Shown: positions 22,767 through 36,485 of the stretch, in pieces
Position numbering within the stretch: position 1 is the first letter of the stretch
Layout: each line of letters starts with the position of its first letter
Source of the DNA: Catajapyx aquilonaris
Lineage: Eukaryota
DNA: 49,345 nucleotides
Direction: 5' to 3'
Assembly (NCBI GenBank): GCA_000934665.2
Contig: KZ538759.1
Span: 1-49,345, forward strand
Position numbers and translations under genes: made by a program
The notes under the pieces: generated by a model
What the model saw: only the letters and a program-made list of their open reading frames with translations
Databases searched by the model: none
Told to the model about the DNA's origin: nothing

Positions 22767-23035
22767 TTTGGTCCAAGGTGCCAATCAAAGATGACAATGG
22801 TATAATAACATATCATTGAAATATCTTATTACTTTGTAAAATAGTCCCAGTTCATTATTACGCTGTAAATTACACTTAAAAAATGTTATGAACTTTTAAA
22901 AAGTTGCTGTTTTCATGCCGAAAGTGCTTCCCTCTCTTGGTGTATGCGAGCAAATTCACTCGACATTTCCTCCCGCTGCCTAATCTATATCAGTGTCTTG
23001 GTCCCGTGGATTTTGGTCGGCATAAAAACGTGGTT
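22767..23035. promoter_or_regulatory. Short bidirectional promoter region shared by MALSU1 and PHB1
   Basis: The genes are head-to-head, with ATGs ~480 bp apart. A YY1-like CAAAATGGCG overlaps the MALSU1 start codon, and the PHB1 leader-exon donor is at 23036. Confidence 0.6.
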
Positions 23036-23246
23036 GTAAGTACTGCATATTAAGCGTTTAATTGCAAGTAATTGTAACATTTTGTGACGTAGGCGAAGAT
23101 GCACAGGTGCTTGCGGCACGGTCTGTGTATGTAGAGGATGAAAATGAGCACAATTTCAGTGACAATTGCATCACCTCGGTGCTCACACAGCACGATGCGG
23201 ACCCAGCTCACTTTCGTGGCCATTGTGTTGTTTCAGGTTGTGAGAA

Positions 23247-24747
23247 ATGGCAGCGCAGTTCTTCAACCGCCTGGGACAGCTCGGCCTTGGGATTGCCGTG
23301 GTTGGAGGGGTTGTCAACTCCGCACTCTACAACGGTAAGGCATGGTCTAAGTTGGGCGTGTGGACAAACTGCTCTGATGCCGTCAATTTGTGCAGTTGAT
23401 GGAGGCCACCGGGCTGTCATCTTCGACCGCTTTTCTGGGATCAAGAAAGATGTGGTGGGAGAGGGGACACACTTCTTCATCCCATGGGTGCAGAGGCCCG
23501 TTATCTATGACATACGAGCAAGGCCCAGAAATGTGCCAGTCATCACCGGTAGCAAAGGTATTGCCAATTGGGTTTCCTTCAATGTTAGGGAATGAAGACT
23601 ATTTTCTATACTGGGTCAATGTTAAAAGATACGGAGCTTACTACACTAATATGAACACTAAACCTTCCAGATCTTCAGAATGTGAACATCACCTTGAGGA
23701 TTCTGTTTAGGCCAGTCCCAGATTCATTGCCTCGGATCTACTCTACACTTGGTGTTGATTATGATGAGAGGGTGCTTCCTTCCATTACAAATGAAGTGCT
23801 TAAGGCTGTTGTGGTAGGTTGTAAAGCCAGATATTAATGCAAATCCTTCTCCTAGTCTTTTAGGATTACTACTAAAATGCTATTTCTTGGGCTGCAGGCG
23901 CAGTTCGATGCAGGAGAATTGATCACCCAGCGAGAAGTTGTATCACAGAGGGTCAGTGAAGATTTGACTGACAGAGCTGGACAGTTTGGACTTATTCTGG
24001 ATGATATTTCAATTGTAAGAAAGTTTCATTTTAAATTTTTTGAATTATTGAAATCTCTGTGGGCAAGAGGCCACAAACCTAATTGATACTTTGTATGATA
24101 TTATTGGTTTGTGTTACTCATCCTTGGTAGAGTGTTGAGTAAGTGTTGATATTTTGTTGGAAGAATCTTCAATCAACAAGTGGCCATGTAAGCCTAGGTG
24201 TTATATTATCATGAAAAAGAATTTATAAGTGATCACATAGAATCATAGATGTAACTGAGGCAGAAGCGTGTGTGATTTTCAAAGTAAGAACCTGATATGA
24301 TTTATTATTTCAACAAGCACCGTCTTTGCTACTTTTCCATCTACCTGTGATCCCTCCTTTCTGGAAACCCAGTCTGGAATTGCCAAAATGACAACTTATT
24401 GAGCAAATTTTTTGACAACTTTGTTTTAATTACAGACACACTTGACATTTGGAAAGGAGTTCACTCAAGCTGTAGAACTGAAACAGGTGGCACAACAAGA
24501 AGCAGAACGAGCCCGTTTCCTGGTCGAGAAGGCTGAACAGCAGAAGAGAGCTGCTGTCATTTCAGCAGAAGGAGATTCCCAAGCAGCCATATTGCTGGCC
24601 AAGGCATTTGGAGATTCAGGCGAAGGCCTGGTGGAGCTCCGACGCATAGAGGCATCAGAGGATATCGCATACCAGCTATCAAAGTCGAGGAATGTTGTCT
24701 ATTTGCCCACTGGACAGACCACCCTCTTGAACCTTCCCAATCAGTAG
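23247..24747 (+). CDS. PHB1: Prohibitin 1 (SPFH/band 7 family), 273 aa
   Basis: Exons 23247-23334, 23396-23557, 23671-23813, 23898-24014 and 24436-24747 total 822 nt: [45 protein letters not shown]...[14 protein letters not shown]...[20 protein letters not shown]...[32 protein letters not shown]...[28 protein letters not shown]...[16 protein letters not shown] likely non-coding first exon has its donor GTAAGT at 23036. Confidence 0.97.
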
Positions 24748-24919
24748 AGAACCTAACCCCCTGCCACTTGATTTCTTTTTGTGTTGAATTACCGAAAGAA
24801 AGGGATGGATCAAACAGGCATATTGTAGCTCCATGTAGGGTAACATGTTTTGGTATATTTTTTGCAATGGTCAGAACGGCACGTTGCGTCAAGGGAAATG
24901 AGTGGATTTGAGTATCAGG

Positions 24920-24925
24920 AATAAA
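24920..24925 (+). terminator. Polyadenylation signal of PHB1
   Basis: AATAAA ~170 nt downstream of the PHB1 stop codon. Confidence 0.55.
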
Positions 24926-25329
24926 TCATGTTAACCTAAGTGCTATTATTCCATTATGAAGCATTTTATCCCAACCCAATCTTGAACATGTTTAATACAG
25001 GTGCTGGTACCTACTTGGTGGGTTTACCAAAGCGATGCACCAAATTTAGATTGTAATTATTGCATTGTGTCTGCGCTTCTGGTATGTAAAATACCAGCTT
25101 GAATCACAAATGGATGGACCTTACTTTCTGTGTTGATCTGTCCAAAGGCAGCAATGAGCAGTGTGTAATGTGCGATAATTTAAAATTGCCTAATCCACTG
25201 CAATAAGGGCGCCCAAGCAGCCACCTTGCAGCGCTTTCCCCAATAATTCTATTATCCCGTGACCTCTCGAGTTCAAAGGTGTCCGCTGCACCTGCACGAC
25301 ATGGCGTATTTCCAACCCTGGCGTGAATT

Positions 25330-25496
25330 CTCCCCGCCCACAGCCATTGGTCCAATGAGAGCGATGATTGGCAAGCCAGTGGAGGAGCATTGGGCAGAAA
25401 TGGCGGCTTGGAAGGATCACTTGTAATGCGGATGCCTACTTGGCCGGTCTGGGAGGTCGGAGCCGGCTGCAGCTGTCCAGCAGGGACAATGTAAGT
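25330..25496 (+). promoter_or_regulatory. GC-rich promoter-like element, possibly a distal MPP6-like promoter and leader exon
   Basis: GC box CCGCCC (25334), clustered CCAAT/ATTGG motifs (25346, 25352, 25367, 25389), YY1-like AAATGGCGGC (25398) and a strong donor GTAAGT (25491), all within a CpG-rich patch. Confidence 0.4.
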
Positions 25497-28069
25497 GGAC
25501 ACCTTGCCTTGACCGTGGTGGGCCGACGGAGGGCGGGCAGGGGACCGTACGGGGAAGGGACAAGCCGTGCGCTGGTGTTGCCGGCTTTCGTGCTGGCAGC
25601 CGTGTTCGAACCGTGCACGCAGGTGTCATCACGTACCATATTTGCCAGGTGACCACTGCAGCTGCCAGCGCAGGTACTGGGCAGGGCGGTGCCGCATGAG
25701 ACACTGAGCTGGCTTGCACCTCCCCTTGGAGCAATTATTGTTGTATTTGGGTACATCTTTTTTGATGCAAGACAATCTCTATTGTCAGCCAAGGTTGTCA
25801 TGCGTGTGTGAGTAGGTGTGTCCTGTCGACATGAGTATTGAAGTGCATGTCACTGTTGCCAGACCTGCACAAGTGAGGGGAACCACCCTTGGAGAATAGC
25901 ATTTCAATTAAAATGGTGACAATAAGTTAGCATGGATTGTGACCATCTCATTATGTCATTTTTAAAGTTGTTTTAATGGAATTTACATTAGAAAAGCTTG
26001 TACTTTTTCTTCCCATTTCTTGCGCAAACTTTGCGACATAGCCAACATCTGGTGTGTCTAGTCCAAAATTGCAGTGAAAGTTTGGTCACTACTCCTAACG
26101 TATTGGCTAAAACTATAAATTGCCGTCAGTGTCCAATTGTACTTTCTTCTGCAATTTTAGAGTATGCAGAACATACATACTCACAGTAAGTAATGGAAAT
26201 TAGATAGTGATGCCACTAATCTTTAATTGCTAGTTGTAATAGTTGCAAGTCAATGTCATATCAAAACCCTTGTTAGAGCCTTGTAGCCACACTAGCAGTA
26301 AGCCATTGCAATAGAGAAATACTGCCTTTCCCATCCCTTAATTCATTAATGGGTCCTTATGTTTTGGACCAGTTTTGAATTCATTTGGCACATGTTGGTG
26401 CACACAGACAACCTAAACTACTGCCCCATATCTGGCAACAAAGCAGATAATCTCATGGCACCACACATTAGGATTAGGCAGGGAGGTGCCACGGGTGTGT
26501 GAGCATGCAGCTTGGAATAGCAGGGCTCATCTGCAGCCAGTTGGAACAGGTGGGCACTCACCTGGATCCTGGTTACGCATCCCTTCTCACAGGTTATGGG
26601 TAAACTTGCCTCCCTAACCCGTCCCTCTTCCGTTCAACCTGAGCTTTTCATCACAAATTGATGGGAAAGACAGGTGGGCCAGTGGTTGAGATTATTAGTC
26701 TTGAAGAAAAAAAGGCACACACAAAAAGTGAAATGACTACCCACAAGTTGTTGACATGGGAGTGATGGTTTTGTTCTGGTTGGGAATCTCACACAGGTGA
26801 GATAAATTGAAGAACTTTTCATTGAAAGCACCGCATTGCGTTTTACTTTCTGAAATTACATTGTAACATGCAGATTACTTCAGTGAAGTGGCATCACTGG
26901 ATTGTTGGCTTTGTATAATGCCACTGTTGGACTTTTCAATAATTAATTCCTTGCAATTTGGGTGTGAAAATATCACATCCCATAGGACTGGACCAGTCAT
27001 TGCAAGACTGCCAATTTAATGAGCATGGCGAGAGACTGTCATGCTCGATCAGTTTCACTCTCGCCACATTGTTGTCATGGGTCGAGATTTTAATTATAAA
27101 TTGTCTTCTCTTGCCTTCCCAATTCTCCTGCTGTCTTACCTCTGACACCTGCCCACATCTAAACATCTTGGCAGCCATAAGGCGCAGTTTACGTCATCGG
27201 GTATACGATGGGGTTGAGAAGGTCGGCTCCTCCCTTTCTCCCATAATTTGGATCCTGTAACCTGCATTCTTTGGGTGATGCGTGACATTTATAAGACGTT
27301 AGAAAGTGGGACATTGTAGGACAAAAATTTGTATCTGATTTGGTCCAACGTGATATTGGGTCGCTTCCTTGCAAAACACAGAATATTCGTGAATACTGAT
27401 GGACAAATAACATGCGGACACCATGACTGGATGGACGGACAATAATACGCATATTTACCGAAATTTGCCAGATTGTAATTTCGCGTTATATACGCATGTC
27501 TGGCGTTCTGCATGAAACGGAACCAGTATGTGGCTATATAGTGAACTGCATGCTGAAACGACACTCACATGATATTACGAAAGCGGATCTGTTGTGTCAC
27601 GAGTGATGATTTAGATATGCCAGGTAAATGTTCTTTCCTGCTGCTGTAAAACCGACAACTACATTGTGTGGGCTTGAAGGTCAGATTGTATCCATAAAAA
27701 TACGCAACATTATTCTACGCACGTTTTTCCCACCATCACCTTCATCCCACCCAGGTTTACAAATTGTCCATCATCATCGCTGTGATTGTTATTAGTCTAC
27801 TGTTGTATTGTTACAGAGAGCGGATATATGACGTAATTTCACGTGCTATTGATACGAGTATTTCTAAATAGTATTCCAATTAACTAATTTTGGACTCAAA
27901 ATTTCCTGCAGTATTAGAAAGCAATTGCTGAATTGTCACGAAGAATACTAGATGACCTGATTTCGTGGGCATGCTGATATTCTTATGGAGCTCAATTGCT
28001 GTGATCGATCAAACGCGACGCTGGGAAGTACTGTGACTAATTTAATCTGCAGCTTGTACTATTGAGGCT

Positions 28070-28096
28070 NNNNNNNNNNNNNNNNNNNNNNNNNNN
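28070..28096. other. Assembly gap (27 N) next to a poly-C run
   Basis: Run of N in the sequence. Confidence 0.99.
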
Positions 28097-30411
28097 CCCC
28101 CCCCCTCCCATGCCCCCTCTATCCCCCCTCCCCCTTCAACCACCACGTGACTCCGCCAGAGAAGAGTAGCCGATTAAACGCAGCTAGGAAAGCGTAGTCG
28201 ATGGTTAACGAGCGAGGTCAAAGTTATCCTGGCCAGACTGTAACCCGCATGGCGGGACAATACTTGATTCACTGATGATACATGGAAGATGCAAAAATTA
28301 GCTCTTGGGTGGCCCAACAATACACCGGAGGAATTACGCTTTTGACATCTTCATCCATGAATAAGCATTAATTAAAGGGACAAAATGGTACATGATGGTA
28401 CAATCCTTAACAGCACTCTAAAGATTTAACATTTCTTTAGTGAATAATGAGGCCTAACAGCCTATAAAATCGGGTCTCCCAGGGCATCCTGTAATCCCCG
28501 TCTTTGTGAATTATACAAGGTTGGGAACTGCTCAAGTTCCCTGTTCAAAAGGGAGCAGATTAAGCAGTGACAAGCATGCAAGTGTATGCTGCTATGATTG
28601 TTGTTTCTACGTAGTCTTTTTTAAAACTTTTGTTTTGTTGTATAGTGATAAATTGAATATGACTGAATTGCACCATGCTGCAGCTCGAGCTGTGCATGAA
28701 CCATCGTTCACCAGCATTGAACAATTTTCCAATGACCAGTGACCACAATGAGGGCCTCTCATGAGATAAAATCAACTATTGAGAGCATTTGTGCGCCGGT
28801 GACCACGTGTCACATCGTTTAGGGCGATGGGAGGTGCGGGGGTGTCTTTCTTCTTTTCCTGCGCGATATTTTTTGCCATGTTAGAATCATATTTTTATGT
28901 CATCAGATAGAACTCGGGCAGAGCTACAAAACGACATACAGTTAGTCACTCTATGGTACGTGTGAATTTTAAAAATTTGTTAAAAATATTCTCCATGGAT
29001 GACTTACCTATGTTCGTTGTTCTTGGAACCTTTGGACATTGCACAATAGTCAAGTTAAACTGTAAAGGCAAAGTAGTAAGTAATTTTATTGCTTTAAAAA
29101 AAAAGAAAACAATAACTAAAGCTCCGAGTTGGGGTAGCAAGCGTGTTTTAAAATGAGATTCAACTCGACACATGCAGTTCATATTGGCATTTGGCAAGTG
29201 ACTAATGTGCGTGCACACTAAAGGGAAATGGCATGTCAGTTTCTTTATTGGACAACAACAGTCCACATCAGCCGGAAGCATGTGCTGGAGTATATATGCA
29301 GGCCAACAAAAAGACTGAAAATAAACGTTGGCTGGAGGTCATTCACTCCTTGCCGAGGGAAAATATCGACGAAATGAAATTCTCGTAATTGATTCTAAAC
29401 AAGTGGCGTAACGAAACTGCAACCCGCTCAGTGGCTTATGGCTCGCCTCGAGTGCTTCGCGTCACCTCCACCGCACATCTCTATACAGGGTGAGTTACAT
29501 AGAAGAAAATAGACATGAACAGTTCTGACGTAATAATGCATAGGAGCATGGAACTTTAATGCGTAATCAAGCTACGGTAATGTCCTCTGAAGGTGAAAGC
29601 ACGTCTGCAGAATGCATTAAATCCAGAGCGGCTTTGCACTTGGTTGAATCATGTGAAGTCGAGTGTGTATATATATATGGGCGAGACCACCTAATTTTTT
29701 GTAGCCGTCCCTTGAAAGTCTTTACTGGTTCCATGATAGGTGAGGGGTCTCATTGCGCACCTTTAAGTCTGGATAGAAGGGAATCGATTTCGCGAAATGG
29801 AACTCGTGACTTGAGTGCTGCAGCGCGTAATTCGTTGGCCCCCACACTATAGATATAAAGCAGGGAAATTGGACCACACAAAGTGAAAACGTTTAGGTAC
29901 TTGCTTCCACTTGCAGGAGAAGGTATGCAATTTTCTGGGAATTCTTTCTCTTTTTGCTGTTTTTTAATAAATTTTAAAACGGAAGGTTGACTTTGCCTAA
30001 TTCAAGGGGGATGTTTTTGAATAATAAGCCCAAAATTTGGTAGGTGGATGTGTACTTTTTTCTGGATTATTATTATCAATATTATGGAGTCTTTGGTAAT
30101 GAATGCCCCTTGAGCCATCCTGTAGCCATATTTTAAATGCACGCCTGAGGAAGTGGGTGTTTACGCATTTTGCGATTTTTGTAGCTGCTTTTAATAGCTT
30201 GAAGCACTTTAATTATTATCTATTCCCCATGAGAAATAAATTGGGTGCGGTTTTCGGTAAACTGGGAAAAACTCCTCCGAGGGAAATGTGTTATCGTAAC
30301 TGTTGTAGACGAGGGGCCCAAAAGTGCGTAATACTAATTAACGACTCTTTATTTTTCAGGTCGCAATCGTCTTCAAGCTGCTAATACAGTATTATTCTCA
30401 AGATTCCGTCC

Positions 30412-33400
30412 ATGATGCCTGCCTTAGAGAAATCTACAGGTGTAGGTAAGGCATTATTTGATGTAGATTGCCCAAAATAACGTGGTATCACTTTACTGTA
30501 TAATGAGAAATTAAGAAAATTTGTGATATTTCGGGAAGTAGGACAGAACGGTTATTTTGTGCTTCATTTGTACGGTAGATTATCGCGACGGTAGTTTTGC
30601 GGACTCCTGAAGTGGGATACAGATGGCGGGTGCGTGTATTAAACTCCCTGTTTGTGTTGACGGACTTTCATCACTGGATCAGTGGCTGTCATAGAGTTGA
30701 TTGTCATGTGCACGGTCGGTCATGTGCGTAAGAAGCTTGCACCGAGTCAACTGTGATAGTGTCCTAAGTGGCATTGTCGATATGTGCCATAAAACTCATG
30801 CAATATGTGGAATGTGACAATGTCAGGTGTCCGATGGACGATGGTATAGAGCTTGTGATATGAACCTGAAATTGGGTATCTAAATCGCCATAAATTGTTG
30901 GCCAACCATGGATATATTTTAAGGCTACCAATATTGAACACCATGCCATTTAACTCGGTTGTAATTTTTGTTGAATTTATTGAAAGTTTAATATCGAGCA
31001 GTTGTGGCCATTTGATGTGTAAAAAATTTAACTAGGAATCCAGATCTAAAACACTGAGACACTTTTGAATAAGATATGACAGAAAGTACCAGGACTAAAC
31101 ATCATTGTGGAGAACTCAAGTCGTAAATATACACGTTTCGTAGTCTTTTGGACCGGCTGTAAGTTTACTAAACCTCCATCATGTAGAGAGACTGTTCAAG
31201 GAAATCATCACCACCGTCATCAGTTCATCACCATCATTTAATCCGCGATATCTGTGATGGGGCACTGGTATATGCCTAAGCACATCTCTGTAATTAAATT
31301 ACTGTGAGAGAGATAAGGCTGATCCGTAAGATGCAGAATTCCCCCCACCCCTCCCCCCATTTTCGCGTGATTCGCTTCTAGGAAATAAGGAATCGCGATC
31401 TTGTAACCAGCAGTTTCTGGGAACCAGGACAAAAGAGCACGTATTTTGTACCTGATGTGCAATGGTATAGGGCTGTGGCTTTCATAGTGCAAAATGTAAA
31501 ACTATGTCGCGATATACGAGCGTACGTTGCGGCTGAATAAATATTAATCGTGTGTCTTCAGTGCTGTAAAAATAATTCGAAGTTTCAAACCATTTGATAC
31601 GTATATTTTTTGGAATGAAATACCTAGTGCACAGCGTATACTTATTTGAACGTAGCCAGAGGCAACACCCGGTATGAGTCATGGAGGGAGATACTGTACA
31701 GCTTGATCAGATTGTCGAGATGGATGGTCTAGACAAGGACAATCGCAATTGTGGGAAGAGCACCAAATGTGGCAGAAAATGAATCGATGAGGCAGCGAGA
31801 TACGATCGATGGGGGCAGATTTGATTGGCGGCGTGCAACAGCATCGATCGTTCAGGGCACAAAGCTGGTGAGCGCATGTAGCATCATCTGGGGGATCTCC
31901 AAACTGATTTTTAAGGTGTAAGAATGGAAGTTCAGTAATGAACTGATGTGATATGCATTGCCCATTGAAGAGAGAATCTGTATTGGATTTTGAATTCAGG
32001 AATAAAGTCTACGTTCACTGCTTTGGTATATAGGACTCAAGTACGGATTGCAAAATTTACATTTGCATGAGCTCATGTCACTGAGATTTCAAATGTGCCC
32101 GCCCCATCACTTTCAGAGTGACATACCACAATGGAGAGCAAGAGCTGCAACTGTTTTCCGGAAATATTTTTAAATTAACGCTTACGCTGATTTTAGTGCA
32201 CATTTAGCCCAGGGTGTACTGTACGAGACGGTTCCATCAGCGCAAATTAAGGGGAACTCTCTGATTGCATATATTGTTAATTCTTGTGGATAAATGAGAT
32301 TGTTTTATGTTACAACAGGTCTGACGTGTTAATGTGCACATGCATTAAGCCAAACGTAGTCAGATAATTTCGGAAAGTTTCCTATAATACGTGAACTAAT
32401 TTCAGACCTATACATACAGACACGTGACAGAAGAAAACTTGAAGGAGAATAACAATATGAAATAACGCGAAATTTATGAGTACACTTTCCATCATATTCA
32501 TGGGTGGTAACTGGATGATCAGTTACTCGGAATGATACCAAACCACACAAGTTTTTTGGAATCTTGGAGAGTTCTTTGCAATTCACCTCATAAAAGGAAA
32601 TGTCATCTACAGCCATTCGCCGTTCGCCATTTGCCATTCGCCATTTGGTGACACTCGAAATACCAATGATGCCAGTCGCACTGTGATATGACAAGTGAGT
32701 TGCAGTGGCAGCTGTTCAAGTCTCGTCACTCATGTCGATGCCCTTTACAAAAGGGGAAAAAACGCATTTGTCTCCATCAACTGGTACTGTAGAGTCAAGG
32801 AAGTTATTATAAGGAAGTTAGTTTGCAGTTTCACTGAAAGTTCAGTTATCGTTGTGAAAGTTCCAGTTTATCGGCCTTGCGTCAGTAATCAATTCAAGCG
32901 CACCTGTTGCTGATATTATTTTATTGTAATAGTAGCATACAGAATCTTGCGTTTTGGACTTATCCTATCTCCGACAGTAAAGAGCAGCTATTGCAATTCT
33001 CAAGGGTCTGGATGGTAGCCATTAGCTTGAAACACCCTGTTAACTTATGCATTGACTTTTTATCTCATGCACGACTAGGAACGTCCGGAGATTACTTTGT
33101 CGCACTTGTATCATCGACATGACAAATGGATACGCCAGACTTCTTTTTAAAGCGCTTGCTGTTGCATTTTTTCCCCCCAAAAGAAAAACAAACTACATAT
33201 ATCCTTTGATGTATCTTCTTACAACGTAAAGTTGGAACCCCGCCACCAGCCAAAGAATCCGGATGTCTCTTTTTGTCAGCACCGAAGCAGGGAAAGACAA
33301 AAAGAAATGCCATGTATAGAGAATCTTCCTCTCCATTGCACACCATCTCCCTTGAAATGGCCCCACCAACCTAAATCTGGCCCGAGTGACATATAACGTG

Positions 33401-36400
33401 CAGTTAATTAAGCCGCAACCATTATGCAGTCATTTGCCGCCAAGTGGGCAGTTTTGCTCAATGTAAAAAAAAGAGGCCGACATTAAAGCTAGTTTATGAC
33501 ACACCCTGATGGTGGTAGATCCTGATGTGCAGGCAGAATTTGCGCATGCCCACCTTTTCATAATTATTTTTAAATGATTGTTATTATTTGCACCTATTGT
33601 ACTTGTTCCAGTGACGTGTGAGGGTATCAGTTTCAGTTGTGGGACGCAGATGGGTTCCATTGCGTCGTCGCATGGAATTGGGGAGATGCTTCTGGGGCAT
33701 GCAGCAGGGGTATAGTAGGATGTAGGATGCTGCGAACAGTCGGGGCGGAGTCACCGCCAGGTAGAGTGGGGGAGATGGAGGGTGTCGTGCCCTGAGGGCC
33801 ACTTGGTTGCCCCGCTCGCTCATTGGTTTCTGGCCCTCCACTTGTCCGGGGGATGGATACAGGCTACCTTTACCTGGGGGAGCCTTGAAGGAAAAGCAAG
33901 GGAGGTGGGGGGTGTTGGAGCGAGAAGCAAAGAGAGTGTCAAGGAGCGTTGTGGTGCACGCGGGTTTTTGCTGTACGGTTTTCCCCAGTACTGTCGCATT
34001 GCTGTGACCTGCTTTTTTATGTGGGTTGCAGACTCGGGGTGGTCCATCGCATTGTTTGAATCGGAACTCACCTGTGTGGGAGAGATCAGTTGTGCTGGGG
34101 TGGGCATTGGCATCTGGTTGACAAGAAAGCTGCCGGTTCATTGTCAGTGCACCTGTATTGGCCTTGGCCCCTCCGGGTAATTTAGAAACCGGTCTTAATT
34201 ACTAGAGGAATTTGGCGCTGGTTCAAGCCGTAATCACTGCCGGGCTTATTTTGAAAGGTATTACTCTTGCTCTTCAACTTAGAGGCGATAAATAACCAGG
34301 GTGCTGGAGCCTTCGTGTTGATCAATAGTAACCTAGTTTTGGTGGAGCTGAGAAATCCCCGAGCGAGACGTGCTAAGTCGACATCCGCGGGAGAATTTGT
34401 GGACAGAGGTTTTTGTGTGTTCATATATATAAGAACAAGTGAGTTGGACACGACCATAAGATGGTGTTCTTTGATCGTCGGGAAGCGGACAGGAGGCATC
34501 TGCTGAGCAGCATGAATCAGGTTTCCAGCGAGAAACATAGCGAAAACGGTGAGTTTTTGACGCATGGCAGAAACGGATGTCTTTTTCCATGTTTTAGTCG
34601 CCGGGAATTAATACGCGAAGGTCACTGGGTGATGTTCCCGTTCTGGGTGACGTTCTTGGATCATAAACATGGACTAAAAATAAGTTTCACTCTGCCCATA
34701 CGACGGATTTGTAAATAAGCCGTGAAATTTCCCCATCCGGGGTATTCCGTGACGTAATGGAGTAATTTTTGTTTTTCATTGCTTATTTGAAGGTAACTTT
34801 TTTTTAAAGCGCCTCTCTGCCAAAAATCAGGTAGTAACTCATGGGTAAAGTACATAATTTATTTACCGTTTGTTGATGATTGCATCATAAATTCATGCAT
34901 GCCACACGTAGGGTGTGGTATTGAGTTATTTAATCGTCGTTGCTGGTGTGTTATTGACTTTCTCTGGAAGCTGATCTCACTTTCGATTCAAGTTCTGCCT
35001 TTGAATTTGCAAGCTTAGGTGTGTATGTTGTGTTTTTTTTAAATTGACAAATAGGAAGACAGAGATTTATTACAAATTAACATTATTTCGATAGATACAC
35101 ATCCCTTTAATGTCATGCATGTGGCTCGAAATAGTTGTTATAGAGAACAAGGTCATATCATACGGCATGTATAGTCAGCATATGAGGAGCGTTGACTAGA
35201 ATTTAATATAGGGATTAAGCACTAGTGTCTTATTAATGAGGGTTGTCGTTATTATGGCTCTATTAAATGCAGATGTATTCATAATATCCCAGCCACCACA
35301 TCTTGTAATTGTATGAATATTCCAAAAAGCAATTTCATCGGATTGCGGTGTATATGGTGCTTGAACATGCATATAATATGTCTGACGTGCAGTTGATGAA
35401 AGCATGCTACGTTTGAGAGGAGATGATTTGGTGGGTCCCGGAGAGCAACTTTAGAAGGATCGATAATATTTCTCAAGGCTGCTTTTCGATACCTATATAT
35501 GTTCCTCATCACCTTTCCGAGGGCTACGAGTTTATAAATAACATTTCACGCGCTCTGGTATTGATTTTTAATCTCCTGCTATTTAGTGGATTTCAATTTT
35601 TGAGTCTTGGTCGGTTACCTTTTTAATGAGTGGGTTGGGAGCATTGCACGCACTTGTCATACCTTGAGTAATTCGTGTAATTCGTCCGAATTGCCATCAA
35701 CATAATATGCCGTGTCACAAGATTGACAACCACATGACTCTCATTATCAACCTTATTATTAAGGAAGATAAAACATTCTTAAGATAGGGTCCATCTATGC
35801 TTTCAATTCCATCAATGAGTTTCAAAATCTGCGTAAATAATTTACATGCAGCAGTTATTGAGTTTCCCGAGTTTTCGCTGCTTGGCCACAGAATACTGTA
35901 GAAATCAATATAGAACCAGCCGCTTTTATCTGCTCGGCCCCTTACTACGTATGGTAGTCGCGAGCGCCAGAGTTCGTACAACAGTCGATAGTACTCGTTA
36001 TAGTGTCCGAGCGTCATGTACAGAAAATACAGCGCGGGCCAAGTGCTGGTTGACGACCTCGATGGATTTGCTCTACTTATGTGCTCATGGAACTCCTCGA
36101 ATTTGAGTGAGTTTTATGTGAATTTGTTCAATATGTTACAGACATTGGTACCTGCTAGGTTGGATTTATCAACTGGAATTGTATGTTCATTTAAAGAGGG
36201 CTTAATCATTATGAATTTTTGTTTACAACTGGGGTATGTCCCTGTGCATTGAGGCTTGGATTCACTTGGCAATCATAAGTTATTCCAGACATTCGATTGG
36301 TCATCACGTGTGCCTTCACCCTTCAGGCATGCTGACTGTTACCAAATTTGACGAGGCACTTCCGCCTAAGGTCTTTGTCCGTCCATGACTTGATCGGCTC

Positions 36401-36442
36401 ATTAATATGTAATAACTGATAACATTCCGTATGAATCCAAGC

Positions 36443-36485
<43 letters not shown>

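Noticed and set aside
23062..23595. 177-aa ORF as a stand-alone gene
   Set aside because: Only 23396-23557 is real coding sequence in this frame (a PHB1 exon); the rest is intron or out-of-frame exon.
24015..24435. Possible snoRNA/scaRNA in the largest PHB1 intron
   Set aside because: No convincing C/D boxes with a terminal stem, and no H/ACA structure visible by eye. An Infernal/Rfam scan would be needed.
32612..32646. Short GCCATTC tandem repeats
   Set aside because: A simple 7-mer minisatellite without spacers; not CRISPR-like.
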